The translations under genes were made by a program, and so were the position numbers. The notes under the pieces were generated by a model. The model was not told the DNA's origin. It searched no databases and saw nothing but the letters and a program-made list of their open reading frames with translations. A DNA stretch of 61,723 bases from an uncultured Nitrospinaceae bacterium (GTDB lineage: Bacteria > UBA8248). Below are positions 1-9,739 of this stretch, in pieces (position 1 is the stretch's first letter; each line of letters begins with the position of its first letter). The stretch lies in the NCBI GenBank assembly GCA_964005815.1, contig CAXFSR010000022.1:1-61723 (forward strand), written 5' to 3'.

Positions 1-12
1 CCTTTTTTAGTT

Positions 13-1191
13 TTACTCTACAACTTCTGTAACAACTCCCGCTCCAACAGTCCTACCACCTTCTCTAATCGCAAAACGCAATTCTTTTTCTATCGCTATA
101 GGAGTCAACAATTCTATTTCTAGAGCAACATTGTCACCTGGCATTACCATTTCTCTTCCTTCTGGAAGAGTTATTAATCCTGTAACATCAGTCGTTCTAA
201 AATAAAATTGAGGTCGATACCCTTTAAAGAAAGGAGTATGTCTTCCACCCTCTTCCTTAGTTAAAATCACTACTTCGCCTTTGAACTTCGTATGAGGCTT
301 AATGGAACCAGGTGCTGCCAATACTTGACCTCGTTGTATATCTTCTTTTTTAACACCTCGCAGCAAGACTCCAACATTATCTCCAGCCTCTCCACGATCT
401 AGCAGCTTACGAAACATCTCAACACCTGTAGCTACCGTCTTCTCCGTGTCTACTAATCCAACGATTTCGACTTCATCACCTACGTTCACTGACCCACGCT
501 CAATACGACCCGTCGAAACAGTACCACGACCCGAAATAGAAAAGACATCCTCAACTGGCATCAAGAATGGTTTGTCTATATCACGTGTTGGCTCTGGAAT
601 ATAACTATCAATTGCTTCCATCAATTCATCAACGCAATCTGTATCTGTTCCCTCCAAAGCCTTTAAAGCAGACCCTTTAACAATAGGAATATCGTCTCCA
701 GGGAAATCATAAGAAGACAATAGTTCACGAACTTCCATCTCTACTAATTCAAGAAGTTCTTCATCGTCTACCATATCAACTTTATTCAAAAACACTACAA
801 TGTAAGGTACGCCTACTTGCCTTGCAAGAAGAATATGCTCACGAGTCTGTGGCATAGGACCATCTGCGGCAGAAACCACTAATATCGCTCCATCCATCTG
901 TGCCGCACCAGTAATCATATTCTTCACATAATCAGCATGACCAGGACAATCGACATGAGCATAATGGCGATTATCTGTCTCATACTCAACATGTGCCGTC
1001 GCAATAGTGATACCTCTTTCTCTTTCTTCAGGAGCTTTGTCAATCTCATCAAATGCAATAGCTTCTGCGCGACCCTTATCAGCCAAATGCTTCGTAACTG
1101 CCGCCGTCAAGGTCGTCTTCCCATGATCAACGTGACCAATCGTTCCTACATTCACATGCGGTTTTGTACGTTCAAACTTCGCCTTAGCCAT
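13..1191 (-). CDS. tuf: Elongation factor Tu
   Basis: [48 protein letters not shown]; preceded by a Thr-Tyr-Gly-Thr tRNA cluster. Confidence 0.99.
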   Translation of the reverse strand: MAKAKFERTKPHVNVGTIGHVDHGKTTLTAAVTKHLADKGRAEAIAFDEIDKAPEERERGITIATAHVEYETDNRHYAHVDCPGHADYVKNMITGAAQMDGAILVVSAADGPMPQTREHILLARQVGVPYIVVFLNKVDMVDDEELLELVEMEVRELLSSYDFPGDDIPIVKGSALKALEGTDTDCVDELMEAIDSYIPEPTRDIDKPFLMPVEDVFSISGRGTVSTGRIERGSVNVGDEVEIVGLVDTEKTVATGVEMFRKLLDRGEAGDNVGVLLRGVKKEDIQRGQVLAAPGSIKPHTKFKGEVVILTKEEGGRHTPFFKGYRPQFYFRTTDVTGLITLPEGREMVMPGDNVALEIELLTPIAIEKELRFAIREGGRTVGAGVVTEVVE

Positions 1192-1285
1192 AATTTATCA
1201 AATCTCCAATTAAAAATTAAAAGGGAATGATTCTTCTACCACATCCTTGTAATTTTAAAAAATATAGAAATCAAAAAAAATCAAA

Positions 1286-1361
1286 TGGAGCCCACGACCG
1301 GGATTGAACCGATGACCTCTTCCTTACCATGGAAGCGCTCTACCGGCTGAGCTACGTGGGC
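1286..1361 (-). tRNA. tRNA-Thr(GGT)
   Basis: Cloverleaf on minus strand; anticodon arm CTTCC-ATGGTAA-GGAAG; encoded CCA. Confidence 0.96.
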
Positions 1362-1407
1362 ACTCAAAAAAACATTTAAAACAACCTTAAATTTCTACAG
1401 CAAAAAA

Positions 1408-1483
1408 TGGAGCGGGAAACGGGATTCGAACCCGCGACCCTCAGCTTGGAAGGCTGATGCTCTACCAATTGAGCTATTCCCGC
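1408..1483 (-). tRNA. tRNA-Gly(TCC)
   Basis: Anticodon arm TCAGC-CTTCCAA-GCTGA; GGTTCGAATCC T-arm; CCA. Confidence 0.97.
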
Positions 1484-1497
1484 ACCTTTTAAAATTT

Positions 1498-1582
1498 TGG
1501 TGGGGAGGGGAGGATTTGAACCTCCGAAGGCTTAGCCGTCAGATTTACAGTCTGATCCCTTTGACCACTCGGGAACCTCCCC
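1498..1582 (-). tRNA. tRNA-Tyr(GTA)
   Basis: Anticodon arm TCAGA-CTGTAAA-TCTGA; long variable arm; 85 nt; CCA. Confidence 0.97.
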
Positions 1583-1603
1583 TAACAAAACTTATCTTTC
1601 CCA

Positions 1604-1679
1604 TGGAGCTGGCGAGAGGACTTGAACCTCCGACCTGCTGATTACAAATCAGCTGCTCTACCAACTGAGCTACGCCAGC
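1604..1679 (-). tRNA. tRNA-Thr(TGT)
   Basis: Anticodon arm GCTGA-TTTGTAA-TCAGC; CCA. Confidence 0.97.
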
Positions 1680-1689
1680 AAAGCGGGTT

Positions 1690-1718
1690 AACTTAGGACT
1701 CATGTAAAAATTTGTCAA
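1690..1718 (-). promoter_or_regulatory. Sigma70-type promoter of the tRNA-tuf operon
   Basis: TTGACA-17 nt-TAAGTT ending 10 nt before tRNA-Thr(TGT). Confidence 0.7.
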
Positions 1719-1744
1719 CCCCTTCCCATGGTTTAAGCTACAAT

Positions 1745-2518
1745 CTAAATTTTATTATTATCTACTTGCAAATGATCCCTACTTCTAACAATCTCATTTA
1801 ACAGTATACCCGCTGCAACTGATGCATTCAAAGAAGAAATTTTATCGGTCTGCAATGAAATTCGTAATGTGAAATCACATGAATTTAGTACTAGTCTTCT
1901 TATTCCTGTCCCTTCACCCCCTATTACTAAAACAACTGGACTAGGAAGTTCTTGTGTTCCAAGAGTAATCTCTCCGTCAGGGTCTCCAGCTAAAATCCAA
2001 TATCCTCTAGATTTTAATTTATCAATTGTCTGAACTATATTGTTAACTGCAATAATTGGTAAAGATTCTAATCCTCCTGATGCGACTTTAGCAACGGAAG
2101 GAGTCAACTTAGATGAATTTTTTTTGGAAAAAATAATTCCACCTGCACCCAAAGCAGCTGCTGTACGTATTATAGAACCAAAATTACGGGGATCTTGTAT
2201 TCTATCTAAAATGATAAGAGGGGGTTTAGGGTCAGATTGATTGTCTAGAAAACTTTCGAGAGAGAAATCTTTCAGTGGTTCTACCTTGGCCACAACTCCT
2301 TGATGAACTTTCATAGAAACCAATTCTGATAATTCGTGTGTAGAACATTCTTTAATATCAATATTTAATTTTACCGCTAAGTCTTTTACAAATCTAAGTT
2401 GTTTATTATTACTAGATTCAGAGATATAAAGAAATTCAACTCTTTGTGATTTAAGAGCGGCACATACCGAGTGAAAACCACAAATTAATAAGGAACGATT
2501 GTTTCTTTTTACCTTCAT
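1745..2518 (-). CDS. rlmB: 23S rRNA (G2251 2'-O)-methyltransferase, SpoU/TrmH family
   Basis: HQGVVA, LDRIQDPRNFGSIIRTA, GGEGTG, SLNASVAAG; ATGA overlap with cysS stop suggests start at 2518. Confidence 0.9.
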   Translation of the reverse strand: MKVKRNNRSLLICGFHSVCAALKSQRVEFLYISESSNNKQLRFVKDLAVKLNIDIKECSTHELSELVSMKVHQGVVAKVEPLKDFSLESFLDNQSDPKPPLIILDRIQDPRNFGSIIRTAAALGAGGIIFSKKNSSKLTPSVAKVASGGLESLPIIAVNNIVQTIDKLKSRGYWILAGDPDGEITLGTQELPSPVVLVIGGEGTGIRRLVLNSCDFTLRISLQTDKISSLNASVAAGILLNEIVRSRDHLQVDNNKI

Positions 2519-3969
2519 CTTATAATCTTCCATATCGTACCATCACTACTGTCCTCAACTAAAATTCCTGAATCTCCTAATTCATCACGTATTTTATCAG
2601 CAAGTTCGTAATCTTTATCATTCCTAGCTTGATTGCGTACTTCTATTAGTCTTTCTATTTCTTCAGGAGTTAATCCTCTATCTTCGTCTGCAGAAAGGTC
2701 TACATTCTTTCTTAATTTAAACCATTCGTCGGGCTTATGGGAGAAAAGTCCTAAGACTTCACCAACAATTCTAAATTGTTCTTTAACTAACAAGGCAGCA
2801 TCTTCTGAAACAATCTTTTTTTCATTATTTAAGATGGCATTTATTTTCTTTGAATAATCGAAAAAATAACCTAAGGCACGTGCGGTATTAAAATCATCAT
2901 TCATAGCTTCCCTGAACAATTCTCCAAAATCTTTTGTGTATTTCTCAACAAGAGAAAAAAGATCTTCATTTTTCTCATTGGATGTAGTGTTCAATTTCAA
3001 CAATAAATTATAGAGCCTATCTAGCCCCTTAGAAGCATCACTCATTACCTCATAAGAGAAATCAATAGGATTTCTATAATGAGTACCCAAAATAAAAAAT
3101 CTAACGAGTTCTGGATGAAATGTTTCATAAATTTTTTTTAGAGTAAAAAAATTACCTTTAGACTTACTCATTTTTTCATGATTTATTCTAACAAAACCAT
3201 TATGCATCCAGTAATTAACCCAATTATTTTCAAAACAACCTTCACTCTGTGCTATTTCGTTCTCGTGATGTGGAAAAACAAGGTCTTCTCCTCCTCCGTG
3301 GATATCAAAACTCTCGCCTAAATACTTACTTGACATAGCTGAACATTCTATATGCCATCCAGGCCTCCCAGACCCCCAAGGACTTTTCCAATATGGCTCA
3401 CCATCTTTGGAAGATTTCCATAACGAAAAATCTAGAGAATTTCGCTTATTCTTTCCAGGCTCAATCCTATGACCAGTCTCAAGTTCTTCAATATTCCTAT
3501 TGGAAAGTTTTCCATAACCCTCAAACTTTGCAACATCAAAATAAACATCACCATCCGAAGAATATGCAAGACCTTTGTCTATCAGGACAGAAATCATTTC
3601 TACCATTTGCTCAATGTGATCTGTCGCTCTAGGACTTTGATTTGCTCTTTTAACACCTAGTGCATCCATATCTTCATAAAACTGCTTAATATATTTATTT
3701 GTCAATTCAGAAATAGAAACATTAAGTCTTGCTGCTCTTGAAATAATTTTGTCATCAACATCAGTAAAATTACAAATAAAATTTACATCGTATCCAGAAA
3801 ATTCAAAATATCTTCTCACTATATCAAACACAACGGCAGCTCTCGCGTGGCCTAAATGGCAATCGTCATAAACTGTGACGCCACATACGTAAATTCCAAC
3901 CTGATTTGTTTTTACCGGTTTGAAAATTTCTTTCTTTTTTGACAATGTATTAAATATACGTATACCCAA
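2515..3969 (-). CDS. cysS: Cysteine--tRNA ligase
   Basis: YVCGVTVYD, HLGH, GRPGWHIECSAM, KMSKS; TTG start. Confidence 0.98.
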   Translation of the reverse strand: MGIRIFNTLSKKKEIFKPVKTNQVGIYVCGVTVYDDCHLGHARAAVVFDIVRRYFEFSGYDVNFICNFTDVDDKIISRAARLNVSISELTNKYIKQFYEDMDALGVKRANQSPRATDHIEQMVEMISVLIDKGLAYSSDGDVYFDVAKFEGYGKLSNRNIEELETGHRIEPGKNKRNSLDFSLWKSSKDGEPYWKSPWGSGRPGWHIECSAMSSKYLGESFDIHGGGEDLVFPHHENEIAQSEGCFENNWVNYWMHNGFVRINHEKMSKSKGNFFTLKKIYETFHPELVRFFILGTHYRNPIDFSYEVMSDASKGLDRLYNLLLKLNTTSNEKNEDLFSLVEKYTKDFGELFREAMNDDFNTARALGYFFDYSKKINAILNNEKKIVSEDAALLVKEQFRIVGEVLGLFSHKPDEWFKLRKNVDLSADEDRGLTPEEIERLIEVRNQARNDKDYELADKIRDELGDSGILVEDSSDGTIWKIIR

Positions 3970-4008
3970 TTTGAAAAAATCCCCTTACTTATAAACATTC
4001 AAAAAAAA

Positions 4009-4485
4009 TTACTTTTTTACAACTGAGCAAATAGCTTGAGCAGCTATTCCCTCTTCCCTTCCAACAAAACCCAGGCCTTCTGTGGTCGTAGCTTTCACTC
4101 CAATACAAGAAATTTCAATCGATAGAACTTCAGCAAGTTTCTTTCTCATATCCTGAACAAAAGGGGATATTTTTGGCCTTTCGACATGGATAACTACATC
4201 AAAATTATTAAGAATATAACCTTCTTCAAATACAATTTGAAGTGCCCTCTTAAGAATTAAAAGACTATCTAAATCTTTATTTTTCTGATCTGTATCAGGA
4301 AAATAATATCCTATATCTCCTAAAGCAACTGCTCCCAAGAGAGCATCACTCATTGCATGCACAACCACATCAGCATCCGAATGTCCATCAAGACCTTTAT
4401 CAAAAGGTATCTTCACCCCACCTAAAATTAAGGGCCGATTAGGAACTAACCTATGTACATCATAACCAATGCCAACTTTCATCAT
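4009..4485 (-). CDS. ispF: 2-C-methyl-D-erythritol 2,4-cyclodiphosphate synthase
   Basis: GIGYDVH, GHSDADV, KATTTEGLGF. Confidence 0.97.
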   Translation of the reverse strand: MMKVGIGYDVHRLVPNRPLILGGVKIPFDKGLDGHSDADVVVHAMSDALLGAVALGDIGYYFPDTDQKNKDLDSLLILKRALQIVFEEGYILNNFDVVIHVERPKISPFVQDMRKKLAEVLSIEISCIGVKATTTEGLGFVGREEGIAAQAICSVVKK

Positions 4486-4510
4486 TTAGCAGATCCTATT
4501 AATTTATATG

Positions 4511-5209
4511 TCAATTAAAAGAATTTTCCTGTCTAAGGTAGAATTCGGCTAATAACAAATCATCTTTGGTAGTTATTTTAAAATTCATTTTATTCGAAAT
4601 AACAATTCGAGATTTAACTCCTATTTTTTCTAACAAAGATGATTCATCAGTTACTTCAGAATTATCCCCTTTGAAATCTATATAAGCTCTCTCCAAAATT
4701 TCTCTTCTAACAACTTGAGGAGTTTGTGCACTCCAAATATTTTTTCTAGGAACTGTCTGAATTGTATCCATTCTCTCATCACTAAGTTTTAAAGTATCTG
4801 ATATCGCTAAAGCAGCAAGACTAGCACCTGTATGATAAGCCTCTAACAAACACCTTTCTAATAAATCTTTTGTAAAAAAAGGTCTAACTCCATCATGAAC
4901 TACTACCCATTTCACTTGAACGGGAAGAGCATTCAATCCGTTTTCTACCGAACTCTTCCTATCAATTCCTCCCTCAACTACTTTGACACCCACTAAAGAA
5001 TCTCGTGGAATAATAACTGAATCTAGTTGTTTTTTTGGAAGTACTAAAGAAATGTGATTAAGTAATTTAGAATTTATTAATCTTTCTAGCACATGTGAAA
5101 CTATAGGTTTCCCATTAAGTTCACGAAATTGCTTTTTTTTATTACCTGGCAAACGCTCACCTAGACCTGCAGAAGGTATAATTGCCCCAACAGTAAAAGG
5201 ATCAGGCAG
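4511..5209 (-). CDS. ispD: 2-C-methyl-D-erythritol 4-phosphate cytidylyltransferase (probable non-canonical start)
   Basis: VVVHDGVRPF, AQTPQ, NFKITT; the N-terminal motif VGAIIPSAGLGERL lies in frame upstream of the tracked TTG at 5152; candidate CTG start at 5209. Confidence 0.92.
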   Translation of the reverse strand: MPDPFTVGAIIPSAGLGERLPGNKKKQFRELNGKPIVSHVLERLINSKLLNHISLVLPKKQLDSVIIPRDSLVGVKVVEGGIDRKSSVENGLNALPVQVKWVVVHDGVRPFFTKDLLERCLLEAYHTGASLAALAISDTLKLSDERMDTIQTVPRKNIWSAQTPQVVRREILERAYIDFKGDNSEVTDESSLLEKIGVKSRIVISNKMNFKITTKDDLLLAEFYLRQENSFN

Positions 5210-5306
5210 TGTTTTAGAATACTCTTTTTCTATATTTATTTTCTCTTCTCTTTCAGATAGTTTAATTTAGGAAAAATTAAAGGTTTATTTGAATTGATAG
5301 AAAAAA

Positions 5307-5819
5307 TCAAAGATTATACGATTCAATGTCTTCTAGTGAACGTACATAATCCCCTGATTTTCCTCCTGACTTTTTAATTAAACAAATTTCACCGAGAACC
5401 ATCTCTTTATCTAATGATTTACACATATCATAGACTGTAAGACCCGCTACCGAGACAGCTGTAAGGGCTTCCATTTCAACTCCGGTTCTGTCAAAAGCAT
5501 TTACCTTAGAAAGAATACGTAAAAACGAGCTTTCTTCTTCTGAAATATCAGACCTAAAAAAAACCTCAACGCTAGTGATCCTAAGTGGGTGACACATTGG
5601 AATTAAATTGGAACATTTTTTTGCAGCAAAGATAGAAGCAATTCTAGCAGAAGCTATAACATCTCCCTTTGGAACTTTCATATTTACAATAGATTTCAAT
5701 GTATCAGAACTCATCATGAGTGATGCAGATGCAACGGCAATTCGGACACTCTCCTCCTTGTGTCCAACTTCTACCATTACAGCTCTTCCTTTTGAATCAA
5801 TATGATTTAGTTCTTCCAA
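5307..5819 (-). CDS. moaC: Cyclic pyranopterin monophosphate synthase
   Basis: LIPMCHP, TGVEMEALTAVS, YDMCK, KSGGKSG. Confidence 0.97.
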   Translation of the reverse strand: MEELNHIDSKGRAVMVEVGHKEESVRIAVASASLMMSSDTLKSIVNMKVPKGDVIASARIASIFAAKKCSNLIPMCHPLRITSVEVFFRSDISEEESSFLRILSKVNAFDRTGVEMEALTAVSVAGLTVYDMCKSLDKEMVLGEICLIKKSGGKSGDYVRSLEDIESYNL

Positions 5820-5840
5820 GACTTTCTCCTAAATTGTCAC

Positions 5841-6395
5841 TTAAATCTTTGCTAAAGTTAATCCTTTTTGACTTTGATACTTACCTTTTTTATCTGCATA
5901 AGAAGTTTCACATTCTTCATCACTCTCAAAAAACAATACTTGAGCAATTCCCTCATTGGCATATATTTTGGCTGGCAAAGGAGTTGTATTTGAAACCTCT
6001 AAAGTGACAAAACCTTCCCATTCTGGTTCAAACGGAGTGACATTTACTATTATTCCACATCTGGCATATGTACTTTTCCCGACACAAACCGTTAAAACAT
6101 TTCTTGGAATTCTAAAATATTCGACGGTTCTAGCAAGAGCAAAAGAATTTGGAGGTATCAAACAAGTATCGGATTGCATTTTAACTAAAGACCTTTCATC
6201 AAAATTTTTTGGATCAACAATAGTCGAATTTACATTGGTAAATATCATAAACTCATCTGCAATCCTTATGTCATATCCATAAGAAGAAACTCCAAAAGAT
6301 ATTTTATCTCCTCTAACTTGCTTTTCTTCGAAAGGTTCAATCATTCCTTTTTCTTTTGACATCTTAGAAATCCACTTATCAGATTTTATACTCAT
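5841..6395 (-). CDS. dcd: dCTP deaminase
   Basis: [26 protein letters not shown]. Confidence 0.96.
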   Translation of the reverse strand: MSIKSDKWISKMSKEKGMIEPFEEKQVRGDKISFGVSSYGYDIRIADEFMIFTNVNSTIVDPKNFDERSLVKMQSDTCLIPPNSFALARTVEYFRIPRNVLTVCVGKSTYARCGIIVNVTPFEPEWEGFVTLEVSNTTPLPAKIYANEGIAQVLFFESDEECETSYADKKGKYQSQKGLTLAKI

Positions 6396-6430
6396 TTTTC
6401 CCCTCTTTAATAAACAAATTGGAAATATAT

Positions 6431-7303
6431 TTATTTGAAATTTTTCAAAAATATTTTCGTATTACTCTTTTTTTCTAGTTTTTTCATTAGCGATCTATAT
6501 CTTTCATTTTGTTTAGATTGAATAAAGAACATGCGTAGATTCTCCTTAACATCTTCATATTTTGCATCTTTAGCTGTTACATGTTCCGAAACTCTAAATA
6601 TTTCCCAACCGAGTCTAGTTTTGACAGGCTTACTTACCTGACCTACGGGTAGTGCAAAAACTAACTTTTCAACTTTTTTAGGTAAAGTTCCCTTTTCAAC
6701 CGTACCTAACACTCCTCCTGATTTCCGTGTTGGTTTATAAATTGATCTAGAACGGGCAATATTCGAAAAAATCTCTCCACTTTTAATAAATTTCAGGATT
6801 TCGAATGCACTTTCTTTAGAACTAACAACTATATGACTCAGAGTCACCGACTCTTTTCTCTTAAATCTTTCTCTATGAACAGTAAAAAAATTTTTTAAAA
6901 CTTCATCTTCAACTTTAACATCTGAATATACTCTTTCTTTAAGAAGAAAATCTTTGAAGATTCTCTTCTTTGTCATCGAAGATAATTTAATAACTTCTTT
7001 CTTTGAGCCTACACCAAGACGTTTAGCTTCTTGGAAAAGCAACTCAGCACGAACAATTGATTCTAGAAATTTTCTTTTGTTTTTTTTAACACGAAGTTTC
7101 ATAGCAGAAGAAAGTAAGCTAAGCCGAAATTCTATATCAGCCAGAGTGATTTTATGCCCGTTAACAGAGGCAACAATTATCTTTGATTTTTTAACATTAT
7201 TTTTCTTCTTTGCATCTAGTGGAGAAATTTGAAAAAAAAGAAAAAAAATCGGGAAAAATAAAAATAGTTTAAAAATAAATGAATAGTTCATTAGTTTCCT
7301 CAA
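6431..7303 (-). CDS. Exported parvulin (PpiC/PrsA/SurA-like) peptidyl-prolyl isomerase/chaperone
   Basis: Signal peptide; [30 protein letters not shown]. Confidence 0.8.
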   Translation of the reverse strand: MRKLMNYSFIFKLFLFFPIFFLFFQISPLDAKKKNNVKKSKIIVASVNGHKITLADIEFRLSLLSSAMKLRVKKNKRKFLESIVRAELLFQEAKRLGVGSKKEVIKLSSMTKKRIFKDFLLKERVYSDVKVEDEVLKNFFTVHRERFKRKESVTLSHIVVSSKESAFEILKFIKSGEIFSNIARSRSIYKPTRKSGGVLGTVEKGTLPKKVEKLVFALPVGQVSKPVKTRLGWEIFRVSEHVTAKDAKYEDVKENLRMFFIQSKQNERYRSLMKKLEKKSNTKIFLKNFK

Positions 7304-7405
7304 AACTTTTAGATTCTTTTAATATACATCTTCCAAGAGTCCTAAATTAAGTTTAATGCACTGGGAATAAAACTTCTACAACAAAAATTGTTAATCCTTA
7401 ACTAA

Positions 7406-8332
7406 TCAAAAAAATGAAACTGCCACATAAAGAATATAAGTGGCTAACAGAAAAAAACCAGACCTTGCATTTATTTTTTTTCTAAATAAAATAAAAAACA
7501 AAAATAAACCCATCATTAAAATCATAAAAGGCAAATCAAAAAAATAGGTCTTATGTTCTATTTTAAGAGGATTATAAAGGGCTGCAGAGCCAACTACCCA
7601 AGTTAAATTAAGAATATTTGCACCCACTACATTACCTAGGGCAATTCCACTATGTCCTTTCAAAGAAGAAGCAACTGCCATGACCAACTCTGGCAAAGAT
7701 GTTCCAATTGCTACCATTGTCAATGCAATGATTATTTCAGGAACACCCATGAGTTTAGCTATTGGAATAACATTACCAACAACAAGGTAACTTCCAATTA
7801 AAACAAACGTGCCTCCAAAAATAAAAAATAAGATTATTTTATTTAAACTATCTTTACTCTCATCAGTTAATTCATCAGAATTTCCAGATAAAGAAGAGAT
7901 AATTAAATAGAAAATGGCAACTAAAAAGAGAATTGCTCCTAATGTACTACTTATAAAACCATGGCTAAAAAAATAAGAGAATAAATAAAGAAATATACCT
8001 ATTAGTAACATTAGAAAACTCTTTGAACTTATCTTCGTCGAATTAATAATTGGACTGATAATTGCTGACACAGATAATACTAAACCTATATTACAAATCA
8101 CCGAACCTACTGCATTTCCAAATGCTGTGTCTGGTTGGTTTTTTACTGAAGCAAGAAAAGAAACTGAAAATTCAGGTAAAGTAGTAAAAATACTGACTAA
8201 TGTTGCGCCAATAACTAACTTTGGTACTTTTAACTTATTTGCAATCGCAACTGATGAATCTGCAAACCAACTCGCTCCCTTTGAAATAAGAAAAAGACCA
8301 AAACAAAATTTAAGAACAAAAATCAGTGTCAA
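7406..8332 (-). CDS. Ca2+/Na+ antiporter (YrbG/CaCA family)
   Basis: Two alpha repeats TTLPE...GNAVGSVICN and GTSLPE...GNVVGANILN; highly hydrophobic. Confidence 0.92.
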   Translation of the reverse strand: MTLIFVLKFCFGLFLISKGASWFADSSVAIANKLKVPKLVIGATLVSIFTTLPEFSVSFLASVKNQPDTAFGNAVGSVICNIGLVLSVSAIISPIINSTKISSKSFLMLLIGIFLYLFSYFFSHGFISSTLGAILFLVAIFYLIISSLSGNSDELTDESKDSLNKIILFFIFGGTFVLIGSYLVVGNVIPIAKLMGVPEIIIALTMVAIGTSLPELVMAVASSLKGHSGIALGNVVGANILNLTWVVGSAALYNPLKIEHKTYFFDLPFMILMMGLFLFFILFRKKINARSGFFLLATYILYVAVSFF

Positions 8333-8545
8333 TTATAATTTCCTGTAAAATAAAAAAAGTTTAATAGGCGGGAAAAAATCATAATTTCAAAAATAATAAC
8401 CTTTTTATATTTTATAATAATTTAATACTAATCTAAACTCGTCAAAACAATTACAACCACAAAAAAAATTTTGCTTGAAATTTATACGAGTATGGGATAA
8501 TTTTTACGAATATTTTAAAGATTTTTTAACCAAGGAAATTGCACT

Positions 8546-9172
8546 TTGGACAATCAGTATTCAATAGAGAAAATTTATGACCGCTGGGGGAAATTTTATG
8601 ATATTTTCTTCAAGAAAGTTTTTAGCGAGGGCAGAAATGTTGGTGTAGAACTGTTACAACTCAAATCAGACGAGAAACTACTTGAAGTAGGTGTGGGCAC
8701 TGGTCTCTCACTCCCACTATACCCGAAATCTTCTGAGATTATTGGAATCGACATTTCTTCAAAAATGCTAGAAAAAGCGGAAGAAAAGGTAAGAAGCCTA
8801 CATCTAGAAAATGTTGATCTTACTGTAATGAATGCTCAAGAAATGGAATTTCCTGACAATTCTTTTGATTGCGTAACTGCTTGTTATGTAGTCAGTGCAG
8901 CACCAGATCCACAGAAGGTAGTATCCGAGATATGTCGTGTTTGTAAACCTAATGGTAGAATCGTATTTATTAATCACTTTAAAAGTCAGAATTTCTTCCT
9001 AGCTAAATTTGAAGAATTGATTAATGGAGCTTGCAAAAAAATCGGATGGGAAACAACTTTAGATCTAGACCCTCTTTTAAAATCCAATAATTTAACTTTA
9101 ATAGCACAAGAACGCGTAAACTTATTCAATTATTGGAAAGCTGTTTTATGCATTAATTCTAAAGAGAAATAG
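8546..9172 (+). CDS. Class I SAM methyltransferase, phosphatidylethanolamine N-methyltransferase (PmtA)-like
   Basis: YDRW...YD, LEVGVGTGLSL, YVVSAAPDP, INHF. Confidence 0.7.
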   Translation: MDNQYSIEKIYDRWGKFYDIFFKKVFSEGRNVGVELLQLKSDEKLLEVGVGTGLSLPLYPKSSEIIGIDISSKMLEKAEEKVRSLHLENVDLTVMNAQEMEFPDNSFDCVTACYVVSAAPDPQKVVSEICRVCKPNGRIVFINHFKSQNFFLAKFEELINGACKKIGWETTLDLDPLLKSNNLTLIAQERVNLFNYWKAVLCINSKEK

Positions 9173-9254
9173 AGTTTACTTCATTACTGATTGTTTGAAA
9201 ATTTACTTGTCATAAATCAGAAAAAATATAAGACAATTTAACGGGAGATTACAC

Positions 9255-9734
9255 ATGTCGGAAACAGAAAATATTATTCATACTTCGAAAGCAAAAATTA
9301 TTAAAGAACCTGGAAAAGCTATGAAAACCGGTTTTTTTGAAGCCTTTCCAGATGATCCTATCCCTTATGGAGTTCATGGGGGGATTAAGAATTTTTATAA
9401 AGTTGAACCAGAAGAAGAAAGACCAGCGACTTTAGACCATCTTGTAGCTTCAGTAGCTGGTTGACTAACTGGAAACATGAGTAGCGCGCTGGAAGCGCGT
9501 GGGATTTCAACCTATCCAGACAATCTAGTTGGACACGTAGAAGGTTATATTGAGAATGTTGAAGGAATGCCTTTAATAACAAAAATTAAAATCCACTACA
9601 CTGTAAAGATTCCAAAAGGGACAAGAGAAGACGCAGAAAGGGCCTTAAAAATACACGATCGGGGTTGCCCCGCAAGTCAAAGCGTTCAAAGAGGTATTAA
9701 AGTAGAGCACACAGCAGAATTCGAAGAAATATAA
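9255..9734 (+). CDS. OsmC/Ohr-family selenoprotein, 159 aa (Sec at TGA 9462-9464)
   Basis: ORFs 9255-9464 and 9477-9734 are in one frame: ...HLVASVAG-U-LTGNMSSALEARG...HDRGCPASQSV; TGA at the first conserved Cys position; hairpin downstream. Confidence 0.85.
9484..9500 (+). promoter_or_regulatory. Candidate bacterial SECIS element
   Basis: GCGCGCT-GGA-AGCGCGT hairpin with G-first loop, starting 19 nt after the in-frame TGA. Confidence 0.7.
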
Positions 9735-9739
9735 AAAAT

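Noticed and set aside
1286..1679. tRNA cluster as an integration site for a mobile element
   Set aside because: No integrase, att duplication or compositional shift seen; this is the standard tRNA-tuf operon
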